From Jimgerdemannia flammicorona (lineage: Eukaryota), in assembly GCA_003990765.1 (NCBI GenBank), contig RBNJ01000085.1:1-42723 (forward strand): DNA of 42,723 nucleotides. The letters are read 5' to 3'. Below are positions 13,213 to 26,100 of this stretch, piece after piece. The notes under the pieces were generated by a model that worked only from the letters and a program-made list of their open reading frames with translations, was not told where the DNA came from and searched no databases. Made by a program: the position numbers and the translations under genes. Numbering within the stretch: the stretch's first letter is position 1; every line of letters begins with the position of its first letter.

Positions 13213-13678
13213 TGTAATATAGTGGATACTAAGATAGGCAAGTACATCAGATTTCTTTATCTTAAATTCTTGTCTTCTTGACTCCCAGAGTCAGTAGTTC
13301 CTTGAGGCCAAATGTGTTTAAAGAGGTAATCCCGAAGGTCCTTTTATTGGTATACTTGTTCTTTTTCTAACACTTTCAATCTGAGGTTTATTCACTCCAA
13401 GATACTGGGTTATTTATACAAGTTTGCTAGCTATGAGAGGGTGGCTAAGTAATAAATGAGTTATTTGGACTTTGTCGAAATATTTGGACAATGTCTAAAT
13501 GCTTTACTAAATTGTGACATTCAATTTGGATAATGTCTAAAAATTTAGACAATGTCTAAGAATTTAGATAATGTCGAAATCAAGGACTGCTAACTATAAG
13601 ACTATACTACTTTGGGAATGGGTGCAATCAAGTGTCTATTCCCTATTTCCTTCTTCCTAATTCAGCTATACTGTTACA
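13213..13678 (-). repeat. 5' LTR of B
   Basis: tgtaatatag...ctgttaca. Adjacent PBS-like tagtgcccat on the minus strand may be a decayed TGGCGCCCA (tRNA-Lys-like; uncertain). Confidence 0.95.
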
Positions 13679-14599
13679 CTATGAAATTGTTATAGTGTTA
13701 AAGGAATTATTATCTTCTGCTTTATTATTATTAAACTAGATTATATTGTAGATATCCTTCATAGTATATCTAACCTGGGGTATTTGCAAGATATAGTTGT
13801 TAGGGTATAGAAAGATTCTGTCTATAGTTTGAATATACTTGATATACTTGTGATTGAGTTCTTATATTATATTATCAATTTGACTATAGAATAGGGTGGT
13901 AATAATTTCAGCAGTAGTAACTTAGAGGTGAGAAATAAAGATACTGTACTTATAAAAGAGTTCTCAGTATTTATAAGCAATAAGTTTCTAGTATTGAGAC
14001 ATCTGAGTAATATCTGTATTATAGTAGTGTTTAACTATATCTTCTAGGAGATAGTTGATCTAGTAGTAGCTTGAGATTTGTCTGATTTAGTGAGCTTTAC
14101 TGAGTATATTCAGGTCATTTCATTGTGCTTCTATAAAGTAGAGAGGTACCAAACTATGGATATTCATAAAAGATAGGAGAGGTATAGCTTGATTGACAAT
14201 AACATTCTAAATATTAATATGAATGCAGTTGTAGATCTAAGTAATTATGGTTGAATATATATTTAAGAGTTGTAGTTATTTATTTAGTTTATTGTAGTTC
14301 TCTATTTTGATGTATCTGAGTACTTAGTATATATGCATTTAGTCTTAATTGTTAAGATTCTATTTATATAAATCTTGTATTCTATGACTTTGATTTGACT
14401 CAGTTTTGTACTTTGTAACTTCAGTTTGACTTAACTTTATGATCTTATATGTAATTTCTGAATTTATTTAGAGGGTGATGTGCAATTTTAGTAACTTGGA
14501 GGTTATATATTTATGTATAATTTAATTTAATTCAAATTAATTTGATTTATTTGGAAGTACTAGATAATATAAATAATTTTATTTATTGAGAATATAGAT

Positions 14600-15410
14600 T
14601 ATATTAGTTTTAAAAAAGTAATATCTTTGAATTCATTCTAGATAAATGGACAAATATTATAATAAAGTATTCTTGGTATTTCAATTTTATAGAAAAAAGT
14701 ACTAGTACTGAAAATAACAAAATTTTGATTTTTTTTTTATAATTTTTGAAGTTTTGTATTTACTACTTTTTAATAATTTAAATTCTTATAATAGACTATT
14801 TACAACTTCTCAAGTTTTGATCACACTATAATTAGAACTAATAAAAAGAAAATATTGAAACTTTTATAATATCTGTAAATATAAAACCAAAGAGTGGTAT
14901 TATTTTTGTTTTATTCATTTATATTATTATAAGTAATTTTTAAGTATCTTTTATCTTAGTTCAATTACTTAATTCTATTAAAGATCAGAATAAGTATACT
15001 ATTCAGATCTTTCTCAAGAAGTTTATTCTCATTTAGTATATAGTTAATTTACTCACATAATACTTTATCCTAGATATTAAATAAATGTACTTTGTAAGTA
15101 CTAAGATAATATACTTTACTGATCTGTTAATCTGAATAAGATATATAGCTATTTTGAGCTCAGTTATAACTATAATGAGTGGTAGCATCAATGCTATAAT
15201 ATTGAATCATAGTATTTATTAGTAATGAGTTTTTATTATTCTTCTACCAATTTGATATTTTTATTATAATAGTTTCTCTCTAGCTTAGCTTTGATAAGAT
15301 ATTCTTTATATCTCTTTAATAAATCTTAAATATAATAAAATTATATTCCAATATTATAAATAATAATATTATCAAGCTGATATTATTAGATTCATATCAC
15401 TAGTAAGGTT
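14600..15410 (-). pseudogene. Highly decayed DNA transposase relic, Sola-like / DUF7869-like
   Basis: Manual translation gives AKLERNYYN...THYSYN*AQN...KVHLFNI...INYILNE...KITYNN..*NKNNTTLWFY (a decayed DNxxGQNKN motif) and C-terminal ICPFI*NEFKDIT. Confidence 0.6.
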
Positions 15411-15413
15411 ATA

Positions 15414-16358
15414 TGTTAGAAAAATCAAGAATATTAGTGAGATCATAATGATTTTGCACTAATTTTGGTCCTCTTCAGCTGATTATATCATAGTAATCAT
15501 ACTAGTCTCTGTACTAGTTTAGTATATACTTATACTGATATTACTATAAAATATATCTCAAAAATAGACTAAGGATGCTAAAAATAGTACAAGACTAAAT
15601 TATATTATAGAATACTTAGAGAAAGAGTAAAGAGAAGAAGTAGTAATTATTTATTAATAGCTTATATACTTTTATATATATTGATGATATTTATAGGATG
15701 ATATAGTCAGACTATATCACTATATATTAAGTTGCTATAATTAAGATATTTCAACACTCCTACTCAATGAGATATATTTCAGAATATATAAATAGAAGAA
15801 CTAACTAATAATAACTAACTAAATACTATCTAGATAATTAAAAAAGATCAAAATTTCCTACTTATAAGTATAAAAATAGATTAAAAATATAGTAAAAAAC
15901 TAATAATATAGATTCAGATCTATTTACAAATAAAGAGATATAAGTAATGTTAGAAATATATATATATACTATATAAGATATAGTGAGAGACTTTTTAGTA
16001 CTTTGAAAAAACTTTCTATTATTACTTATATTATTATTATTATTTACTGCTTACTGATATATAGTTGATAAGTTTTATTTCTAGTATATATGTATAAGTC
16101 AAACTTTACTTTTAGAAGAGTTTTAGTTAATTAATCTGCTATTATACATATATATACTCTCTTAGAGTATATTTGAGATATATAGTACTATTTTTCATAC
16201 ATTCTTATATGAAATAATAGTATATATTAATATGTTTAATCTTTGCATAATATATATAATTCTTTACTATAGCAATCATATATTGATTATCTTATTGGAG
16301 TAGTATAGAGTACTCTTTCTGAAAAAATCTCAATTCTTTTAATAGTTTCTAAAGCTAT
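15414..16358 (-). mobile_element. Ty1/Copia relic: RNase H end, 3' UTR, PPT and probable 3' LTR (about 15414-15756)
   Basis: 16075-16355 translates to LLKEL...DNQYMIAIVKN...AKIKHINIYYYFI*EC...IIAD*LTKTL, a Copia RNase H. Minus strand gagtaggag-TGTTGAA at about 15750-15765 is a typical Copia PPT/LTR junction. Left LTR edge is tentative. Confidence 0.7.
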
Positions 16359-17924
16359 TATTATATAGTGGTCACTGAGTTTTTCAAATATATCAGATTC
16401 TCTTCAAGGTATATCTCTTAGACTAATTATAAGTTTTTTATAAGCAAGTTCTTATTGGAGTATCTTCCTAAGGTCTTATATTTCTCAAACTTCTTATCTT
16501 TAAACTATCTTATTATCTCTTAGATTGCTTATATATAATTGAGTGTAAGTGAACTGGAACTGACTTTATTTCAAAGAAAATAAGAGGAATATTTATATAA
16601 AATATAATTCAATAGTTACTAAGTTATAAAGCTAAATATAAATTCCAATAACTAAATAAAATACTGGAATACAGAAAACTATAGTTGTAAGTACAAATTC
16701 AAATATCTGTACAAATGGTTGCATAAGTTCAGGATGCTAGTAGATTTTGATAGTATAGAAAAAGGGTGCTTAAAGATTTAGGTGTTATAGAAAAAGAATA
16801 TTAGTAGAATTTAGTTACATAGAAAAAGGATGTCAGAAGATTTCAGTATTACCAAGAACTTAGAGCAGAATGTTCAGGACTATGGGGGCTTCATCTTCAT
16901 CACTGCTAGAGGTCAGAATGTTCTTGAATGAAATGAGGTCTACAAATGTTTTATCTATTTCATATATTTCATATATTATATAAGATGACATCATTTCATT
17001 TGGTGACAGAGAAAGCAAGAAGATCCAGGGCTCTCCAATCTATGACATTCTCTTCTACAAAATAAGAAACAAATGTGGAGTCTTGGAGAGGTCTAACCTG
17101 GATACTGGGGCCTTAGAATACTGAGATCAATTCTTATAGAAATTGATCAGAATTGTCCTTGAGAATGGGATTCCAGAACTCTCCTACCTCATCACCATTG
17201 AGAGTGATAGTGGACTGGGCTTCTGTGACCACTATGGCCTCTAGTGTATTAGTACAGCAGGCTGATAGTTTCTTAAAATCTGAGACTCTAGTATATGTAC
17301 TCTAAGTTGGGAATCAACCATAGTATATACCTAAAGACCTGATGAATCTTCTTAGCTGTCCTTATTTCATACATATCTATAGAAGTGACATCTTGAATCT
17401 CTTGGAGACTGGCCTGAGAGAATTTCCAGTAGAGGAGGTTTCCTATTTCATATTTATGCCATATCTAGAGACATTCAGTAGCAATGATAATTCTTGTTCC
17501 CATTTCATGGCAGTAGAGGATATAATGATAAGGGTCACCAGTACTTAGATTGAGGCTAGAAGTCCTTCTTGTATGGGTCCTCATGACTCTTCTGATGTCT
17601 TGGAATATTCTTTTCTGGACTGAGAGGTCTTAGTGGTTCCTGGACCTTGAGGTTTGGTGAGTAGTAGATATTTTATTTATAGTAAGTCTTTTGAACTATT
17701 TCTGTAAGCCTTGTTTGAGTTGCTGCTACTGCAGTTTCTTGATTCTTCTTTTATATTTCTCAAGATGTCAGTCTTATAGTCATAATAACTCATAGTTAGT
17801 TATTATTGCTCATCTTGTAGTCTGAGTGAGTCATATCATATGATCTTCTTATACTCTGATCTGGTGGCTTATAAGGAAAGGCTATCTCCTGTACTAATAT
17901 TATCATTCTGAGGTCACCATTATA
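16359..17924 (-). repeat. 3' LTR of C (about 1.57 kb) containing a decayed accessory ORF (about 16860-17670)
   Basis: Homologous to 36279-37838 and, inverted, to 18708-20260. Confidence 0.85.
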
Positions 17925-18707
17925 TCTTCCTCCTAAATAAGAATCTTCTCTTAAATATTCTTATTCATTGGTCCAGTCTGAAAAATTTGCTGATCCCATA
18001 ATCTCTGGCAGGGAGTTAAAAAGTGGTATTTATGGGCTGATATCTTCTTTATATATTTTGGTATGATGGTGAAGGGTCACTCCCTTCATATAGAGTAAGA
18101 GTCTGATTCTGATATTGATCAATTAGTTGATGGTTTGAACTCCTCTGGCTTTGAAAGTCTCATAGATAAGTAGTTACTGGTACTGTATCTCTTAGAGAAT
18201 GGTCCAGATAGATTATCTGCTAGTCATAAGATATACTGTTACAATTCATGGACTAGAACCTCATGGGTGATCATCACATTTTACTTCTCTTATATAGGTT
18301 CATAGTACTTCTTGAGTCTGTTCTTATATATTGTGGTAGGCAGTATGATCTCTGAAAGTTTTCTAAGCCAGAAGGTAGTTTTCTTGATATCTTATATGTA
18401 GAAGAGTTCTTCCTATTTGGGCTTCAGTTTTCATGACCATGAGACTTCTACTATATTTCAATACAGTAGAACCTTTTCTTCAATTTAGATAGGTTTTAGG
18501 GTCTTGTAATTCTTTTCTGTATTCTTTCTCATCAGTGCTTATGACTTGATGATATAATCTTCAGCCTTCTTTCTGATTTGGTATAGTCTCCAGATTTCTG
18601 AGTCAATCTATCTCTAAGTTAGATCTAGATTTATAGCTAAGATTCCATTAGAATCATCTTCTCCAAAGAGTAGTTCTCTTGGGGTAAAGTGTATACTCTG
18701 TGACTAT

Positions 18708-20260
18708 TGTAACAGTGACTTCAGAATGATGACATCAGCACAGGAGACAGTCTTTCCTTGCAAGCCACCAGATTGGAGTATAAGAAGATTATATGGCATA
18801 TGAGATGAGTAATGATGACCAACTGTGAATCATTGTGACCACAGTATAGTACCTCAAGGAATATAAAAGAAGGATCAAGGAACTGCAGTAGCAGCAACCA
18901 ACAAGACCCACCAATCTCAAAATAGCTTAAAGACTTACTACAAATGAAATGCCTGCCACTTGCCAAACCTCAAGGTCAAGGAACTATCAAGGTACCTTGG
19001 TCAAAGAAAGGATATTTCAAGACATCAGAAGAGCTATGAGGACCTGCTCAAGAAGGACTCCTAGTGTTGACCTAGGTACTGCAGATCCCTATCATTATAT
19101 CCTCTACTGCCATGAAATGGAAACAAGGATCACCATTGCTACTAAATGCCTCCAAATATGGCAGGAGTATGAAATAGGAAACCTCCTCTACCAGGAGTTC
19201 CCACAGGCCAACACTCAAGAGCTACAAGATGCCACTTCTATGGATATACACAAAATGAGGACAGCTAAGAAGATCCATCAGATCTTCAGGCATGTACTAT
19301 GATTGATCCCCAACTTAGAGTATGTTAGAGTCTCAGATTTCAGAGACCTGTCATCTCACTATATCAATGTACTAGAAGCCAGAGTGGCTACAGAAGCCCA
19401 GTCCACTATCACCCTCAATAGTGATGAAGTAGAAGACTTCTGGCATCCTATCTTCCAGAACAACCCAGACCAATTTCTGCAAGGATTGATCTCAGTATTC
19501 TAAGGCCCAAGCATCCAGGTCAGACCTCCCCAAGACCCCACATTTGTCCCTTATTTTGTAGAAGAGAACCTCATAGATTAGAGAGCCCCCAATTTCCCTG
19601 CTGCCAAATGTGATGACGTCATCAGTGATGATGTCATCTCACACAACTTCGACATATGCGAAACACATAATGAAGTACACAAAGTATGTGAAACGTATGA
19701 CCTACATGACGAATTCATGGACCTCATCTCCTTCAAAGATATCCTGACCTCTGATGATAAGGATGAAGTCTCCATGGTCCTGAACTTTCTGCTCTAAGTT
19801 CTTTGTTATACTGAATAATGCTAGTACCAGTATTTTGATATAATACTAAATAATGCTAGCACTGGTATTTTGATGTAACATCAAATTATATCAGTATCCT
19901 GAACCTGTATAACCATCAGTATCAACCCTGGAACTTAGCAGTTTTCCTATCCTGGTATATTATTTTAGTTATTGGAATTTATATTTAGCTTTATATCTTA
20001 GCAACCATTAAATTATATTTTGTATAAGTACCCCTCTTATTTCCTCTGAAATAAAGTCAGTTCTAGTTTCACTTACACACACTTCCTTATAAGCAATCTA
20101 AGAGATAACAAGACAGTTAAAGATAAGAAGTTTGAGGACTATAAGATCTTGGGAAGACACTCTAATAAGAACTTGCTTATAACAAACTTGAGTTAGTCTA
20201 AGAGATATACCTTGAAGAGAATCTGGTATATTTGAAGGACTCAGTGACCACTATATGATA
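18708..20260 (+). mobile_element. Solo LTR of the E family, inverted, inserted in the integrase of C
   Basis: tgtaacag...tgata; reverse complement of 36279-37838. TSD CTAT at 18704-18707 and 20261-20264. Flanks rejoin as in 38601-38620. Confidence 0.92.
18949..19797 (+). pseudogene. LTR-encoded accessory ORF (about 283 codons, three internal stops)
   Basis: ORFs 18949-19302 and 19303-19503 and their continuation are one frame. The TAA and TAG are CAA and TGG in the E copy (36760-37230). Confidence 0.8.
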
Positions 20261-20635
20261 CTATAGATCTCATAAGACAGAGAGGGCAGTTAGGAGGTAG
20301 TTATCCCAATTGTCATATATGTCTGAGATCTTCACCAGGATGTTTTTGAGGGTCTTATTGATTCTTTCTATCTGTCTATTTCCTTGAGGGTAGTATATAG
20401 TGGTCTTGATATACTGAATCTTGTATTTCTGATATATTATCTCATGGAATCCATTGACAAATTCTGTACTACAGTCTGTAGTGATTTGTCTTAATGTCTT
20501 GTAGCAGTAGATGATTTCTCAGTATAAGAATTTGACTATAAAGAGAGTATTGGTATCTTGTAATACTCTTGCTTCTATCTATTTAGTAAAGAGGTTTATA
20601 ATAACTATAATATAGTAGTTTCCTGATAGTATTAC

Positions 20636-22702
20636 TGTAAGAGGGTTACTTTTTAGGGTAACTGTTACATAGTTCTGGAAGGGTTTTCTGGAAGTTCTGG
20701 ATATTCTGGAAGACTGTTTTCTTATGGTCAAGATCAATTTCATATGGAGTATATCCTCTACACTTATTGATTTCAAGATCGGGTTGACATCTCAACCAAA
20801 GTCCTTTTTCAGACTAGTTCTGGATATTCAGGATTTTCTGTATTTCAGAAAGTTCAAGAAACTAAGACCAGCTTAGTTGAATTGGCATATCGCTACAGAC
20901 AATATCCAATTAGGAAATTTCGTGATGGGGTTAGGAGTGGGATCTAATGGGGAGCGGATTTACTTAAGAGTGGTTTGTGGGTTATTAAATAGGTTTATTC
21001 GCTATTCATAATATTGCTATACTAGGAGTAGTTGTGTGAAGGAATATTGTAGAGAAGTGCTCAGGAGTTATGTTTGGATTGTTCAAGTCTGAGATTCTGA
21101 GGTCTAGGAGAGGGGGTATTTATACTAGTGGGGGGCTATCTGGACTATACTAGATATGGGTGTAGCACTAAGTATCTTGCTGAGTCAGAATGCAGTCACA
21201 TAGTACAAGAGTGATCTGACATATCAAGAGATCATCTGACTGCTGAGTCAGTTTACAGTTACATCGTATAGGGCTAATCTAACTATATTATAACTGCTAG
21301 ACTATTTATAAATTTGGACACTATCTGGGTAGTCTTCGATGATATTACTATCGATTGCATCATCTCTGATGAAGTAGTCATCTAGGAAGAGTGATTCACA
21401 GATTACTTCTCCTTGTTTGCTGAGGTAATAATATATTGGAACTTTGTCACTATCCCATAGGATAGCATCATCTGTCTCATATACTAGATAAGGTGTTGGG
21501 GGGTAAAGGAGTGGTATATCATCTTTGCTTTCATTGGTTTCACTATCTGTATACCTTCTATAGGTTACAGTACTGTGAGTCATGGGGTTGTAGTAAGCTG
21601 GCGACTGTGGTTTATGTTGCTTATACTCAGGTAGTAGAGTGGTTAGTTTGATCTCAAGGGTTGTCTGAAGGTATAGGTTGTGTTCTCCAGTCTCTTCATT
21701 GTAGTTGAAGTAATCGGGGTGAACATGGGTTGGTATTCGTGCCAGTGGTCATTGTCCCAATAAGTCTTGTATGTAGTTATAAACTATTGTAAGTTCATCA
21801 GCAAGGTTGGCAGTATGATCAGGGTTGGCAGAGATCCTTGGCTTGAGGTCATGTCAGTATTAGAGAGATTATTGTCTTCTGCTTTGTCTTCATCAAATCA
21901 GATTATATGTATCATACACATCCTTCATAGTATATCTGACTTGAGGTATTTGCAGGATATGGTCATCAGGGTGTGGAAAGGTTCTGTCTGTGGTCTGGAC
22001 ATATTCTAGGTACTTGTGGTTGAGTTCTTGGATCATGTTGTCAATTTGGCCATAGAACAGGGTAGCCACTATTTCGCTGGTAGTAACTTGGAGGCAGGAA
22101 ATAAAGGTGCTGTACTCATAAAAGAGTTCTCTGTGTTTGTGGGCAATGAGCTTCTAGTGTTGAGACATCTGGATAATGTCTGTATCATAGTGGTATTTGA
22201 CCATGTCTTTCAGGAGGTGACCAATTTGGTAGTAGCTTGAGATTTGTCTGATCTGGTGGGCCTTATTAAGCATATTCAGGGCATTCCATCAGGCTTCCAC
22301 GAAGTAGAGGAGTGCTAGACTATGGATATTCATGAGGGGTAGAGGGGGTGTGGCTTGGTTGACAATGGCATTCTAAATGTTAGCATAGATGTGGTTGTAG
22401 ATCTTGGTGGTCATATTTGTATATTTGGAAGTTATAGTTATTGTTTGTTTTAGTTCTTTGTTTTGACACATCTCAGTGCTTGGTATATATACATTTGGTC
22501 CTGATTGGTAAGATTCTGTTTATGTGAATCTTGTGTTCCATGACTTCATGTTGACTCAGCTTTGTATGCTGTGACTTCGGTTTGACTTAGCTTCATGATC
22601 ATGCAGATAATTTCCAGATTTGTTCAGAGGTCACATGTGATTTTAGTAGCTTATTCAGAGGGTAATGTGTGATTTCTGTGGCTTGGAGGTTGTGTACTTA
22701 CA
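20636..22702 (-). repeat. 3' LTR of D
   Basis: Direct repeat of 29221-31283. TATAAATA on the minus strand near 21117-21124. Confidence 0.95.
21302..22414 (-). pseudogene. Accessory ORF in the 3' LTR of D (about 371 codons, internal stops)
   Basis: ATG at 22414 is in frame with ORF 21302-21583; homologous to the 5' LTR copy. Confidence 0.72.
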
Positions 22703-23129
22703 ACTCTCTCCTTCTTAACTTTCGACATCCTCGTCAGAGCCTTCTAATTTTGTTCTAGTATTGTTACACCATTTGAGAGGTCAAAAGTCTAGTAAAGTCC
22801 ATTTTTTCAGAAAGTGGTATGCTCATAGTACAGTTGTCTAATATATTGGATTCACATGTTAAAGGGTCATGTGTTTGATACTGTATACCAGAAGTGATTC
22901 TGATATCATTTACTGCTGGAGAATTTCCTCTAAGGAATCTTCTTAAATATCTATGTCTCATTTCCCACCAGTGGTATGGGGAGAATAGGCTGGCTTTCAG
23001 TTTTGCTATTTTTCTAGAGGATTGGTGTTCTTTTCTCTTGACTTGATGAGTTCTTGATTGTGATAATTATAGTGTTTAGGTAATATATAGTATGTACTGA
23101 TAGGTGCAGGAGTATTAGGGTTTCAGTTG

Positions 23130-26100
23130 TTCAAGGAATTATATTCCTGAGCTAAGTCTGTGGTATTCTGGAGATTGGTCTTGGGTTTCCATATTGCATC
23201 ATGGATCGGGTAACCTTTTCATTTGACAAGGTACTCAGGATAGTTCTTGTTGCCATGTTTGTTGAGGATTTGTTCAACTTTGTATTCTTCTTGGTCATTA
23301 ATTATGACAGGTGCAGATGGTTCAGTAGTTTGGTTTGGGAATAGCTTATCATTATTTTCATTGTATTGCTTGAGACGTTGGATATTGAAGACTGGGTGAA
23401 TCTTAATAGTGTCTGGTAGTGCCAATTTGTAGGAGGTTGGAGAGACTTGTGCAATGACTTCAAATAGTCCAATGAACTTGCTGTTCAGCTTTGTAGATAG
23501 TCTATGCTTGAGGTTGTCAACTCAGTATCCTTGGATGTCTAGTAGAACTTTTTTGCCAATATCAAAGGTTTCTTCATAGTGGTGTTGGTTAACATACTGT
23601 GACTATTGTTCTTGAGCTCATGATAAATTCTCAATTGTGATCTGGCTTAGATTGCGCATTCAGAGCAGGAATTCTTCAACAGCTTCAACTGTAGAGGGTT
23701 CTTCAGTAGTTCAGATGAGTGTCAAAGGGGTGTTTGGGTTTTGTCCTGTATTAGCAAAGAATAGAGTCATTCCAAGAGAGGCTTGTTTGCTGTTGTTATA
23801 AGCAAACTCGACTGCAGTGAGGTGTTTATGCCAATCATCTTATCTGTAGGAGACATAGTTCCTTAGCATTTATTCCAGAGTTTAGTTCATTCTTCTATTT
23901 GGCTATCAGTTTTAGGGTAAAAGGCTGTGGATAGTACAAGTTTTGTTCCAAGGTGTGCATGGAGGGCTTTCCAAAAATGGCTGGTGAATTTTGGATCTCA
24001 GTCACTAACAATAATCTTAGGAAGACCATGATAGTGGAAGATGTTGTCAAACAAGAGTGTGGCTATGTCTGGTGCTGTTGCAGTAGTAGTAGTTGGCATG
24101 AAGTAGGCTTGTTTGCTGAGATAGTCCACAAAGACAATAATTGCATCTTTTCCATTCTTGGTTCAGAGTAGTTGTACAATAAAGTCCATAGAGATTTGTT
24201 CCCAATTCGCAGATGGTACTGGGATAGGGTGGAGTAGGCCAGGTTTTGCTAGTGTTGAGGTCTTGTTCCATTGGCAGGCATCACAGAAAGTGATGTAGGT
24301 CTTAAGCTGATCTGCCATATGGGGCCAATAGAAGTTTCAGGAGATGACTTCATAACATTTGTCAAATCCTAAATGTCCAGCTGTAGGTATATCATAACAT
24401 TCAAATAGGATAGTCCTTCGGAGGTCTTGGTTGTTTGGAACATATAGTCTGTCCTTGTAGTAGATACATAGCATTGTCCTTGAGTTGGTATTGATGGTAC
24501 CAGGTATACTTGTCAGCATCATCACTATTCAGAATTTCTTGGAGTGCTTGAGCTTCTTTATCATCAGCATATACTGTGATAATTTGTTCCATGATAGTGT
24601 TGGTAACCAAGGTGAGAGTTTGGATAACTTCTTCAATGAGTGGTCTGGAGATTACATCAGTAACAATGTTTTCCTTGTTAGGGTGATACTGGATTTTATA
24701 GTTAAAGTTGGTGAGGACTTTCATCCATCTGGCTTACTTTCGAGAAAGGGTAGCCTGTGTCTTGATGTTGACTAATGACTTATGGTCAGTCAATATAGTA
24801 AAGTGTGCTCTTTCTAGGTATGGTCACTATTTAATCAGAGTATCTATGATGGCTAGCATTTCCTTCTCATGAGTTATATAGTTGATTTCAGCATCATTGA
24901 ACTTACGGGAATGATAGGCCACAGGATGTCCTTCTTACATGAGTACAGCCCCAAGGGCTAGGTCAGAGGCATTGGTAGTAACTTCATATAGTAGTACAGG
25001 GTTTGCTGCTTGAAGTACTGGAGTGGTTATCAGGGTATTCTTTAGTGCTTGAAAGGTGATATCTTGCTTGGGTCCCCAATTTACAAGATTATTGAAGTCT
25101 TTCTCTTGTTTTGTAGTCCAGAACTGTTCTCCTTTCTTATTATGCTTGGTCATTTGGGTGAGGGCAGTAGTGATTTTGGCAAAGTTGGCAACAAATCATC
25201 TGTAATAGTTTGCTAATCCCAGGAATGACTGGAGGTCTTTCAGCTTCTTGGGTCTGGGCTAATCTTTGATTACAGAGATTTTGCTGGAGTCCACTTTGAT
25301 TCCATTTGGTGTGATGATGTGTCCAAGAAATTGAATTTTCTTCAGGAGAAATTCGTACTTACTGAGTTTTGCAAAGAGTCAGTTTTCTCGAAGTTTCAAT
25401 AGTACTAGTTTGAGGTGTTCAAGATATTCCTCCAGGGTTCTGCTGAAGACTAGGATGTTGTCAATGTAGACAACAATGAATTTGTCCAGATATGAGTGCA
25501 GGATGGTGTTCATCAGTGTCTGGAATGTTGCAGGAGCATTAGTTAGGCCAAAAGACATAACCAGAAACTCGAAGTGTCCATAATAGGTTTGGAAGGCTGT
25601 CTTGTAGATGTCTTCTTCTTTCATAGCAATTTGCCAGTAACCATTTCGCAGATCAAAAGAGCTTATGAATTGTGGATTGATAAGTCTATCGAATATTTCA
25701 TCGATCCTGGGTAGTGGGCAATAGTTCTTGATTGTCTGTTCATTGAGGTCACAGTAATTAATGCATATTTACAGATCTCCTCCTTTCTTGACAATAAAGA
25801 GGACTGGTGCACCATAAAGTGATACACTAGATCTGATGAATTCTTGTTCTAGGAGTTTGTCAATTTCTTTCTTGAGTACATCAATTTCTCTCAGAGACAT
25901 GTGGTAGATTGACTTGAAGGCTGGTTTGGCATCTGGAATAGTCTTGATGATATGGTCCACTGCTTGTTTAGGAGGTAAGCCTTTCAGGAGCTTCTTTGGG
26001 AATATGTCTTGGAATTTCTGGAGTAGTGGTCTGACATGGCTGTTGACTTTAGAAAAGTCTTCTTCAGAGTTCTTGGATTCTCCTTTGGATGGACAAATGG

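Larger units (their letters stand above)
6984..13678 (-). mobile_element. Ty3/Gypsy LTR retrotransposon B (no chromodomain), full-length and degenerate
   Basis: 466-bp TG...CA LTRs at 6984-7449 and 13213-13678. 4-bp TSD CTAT at 6980-6983 and 13679-13682. PPT at 7450-7462. Order gag, PR, Cys module, dUTPase, RT, RH, IN, extra ORF. Confidence 0.95.
963..13694 (-). mobile_element. Ty3/Gypsy chromovirus-like LTR retrotransposon A1, full-length and degenerate; contains element B
   Basis: LTRs at 963-1426 and 6609-6983 plus 13683-13694. 5-bp TSD GTGTT at 958-962 and 13695-13699. PPT at 1427-1440. Domain order gag, Zn knuckle, dUTPase, PR, RT, RH, IN, chromodomain. Confidence 0.92.
268..14515 (-). 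mobile_element. Truncated, decayed LTR of the D family, split by element A1 (parts 268-962 and 13695-14515)
   Basis: 268-957 aligns with 21161-21855 (tgtagtacttagtactttgctgagttagaa vs tgtagcactaagtatcttgctgagtcagaa). 13695-14515 continues the alignment to the D LTR end (cttggaggtt...). Confidence 0.85.

Noticed and set aside
16359-20260. Large inverted repeat suggesting a TIR transposon
   Set aside because: Explained by an inverted solo LTR with its own 4-bp TSD next to the C LTR.
20671-20715. Repeated TTCTGGAA, heat-shock-element-like
   Set aside because: It lies at the U5 end, downstream of the TATA box, and such motifs are common in LTRs; no support for function.
21161-22702. Inner part of the D LTR as an independent TG...CA element (the relic also starts at this TGT)
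   Set aside because: There is no TSD around 268-14515 and both D LTRs contain it identically. Truncation is the simpler explanation, though not proven.
22764-22961. 65-aa ORF in the D 3' UTR
   Set aside because: Single copy, with no motif and no homolog in the window.
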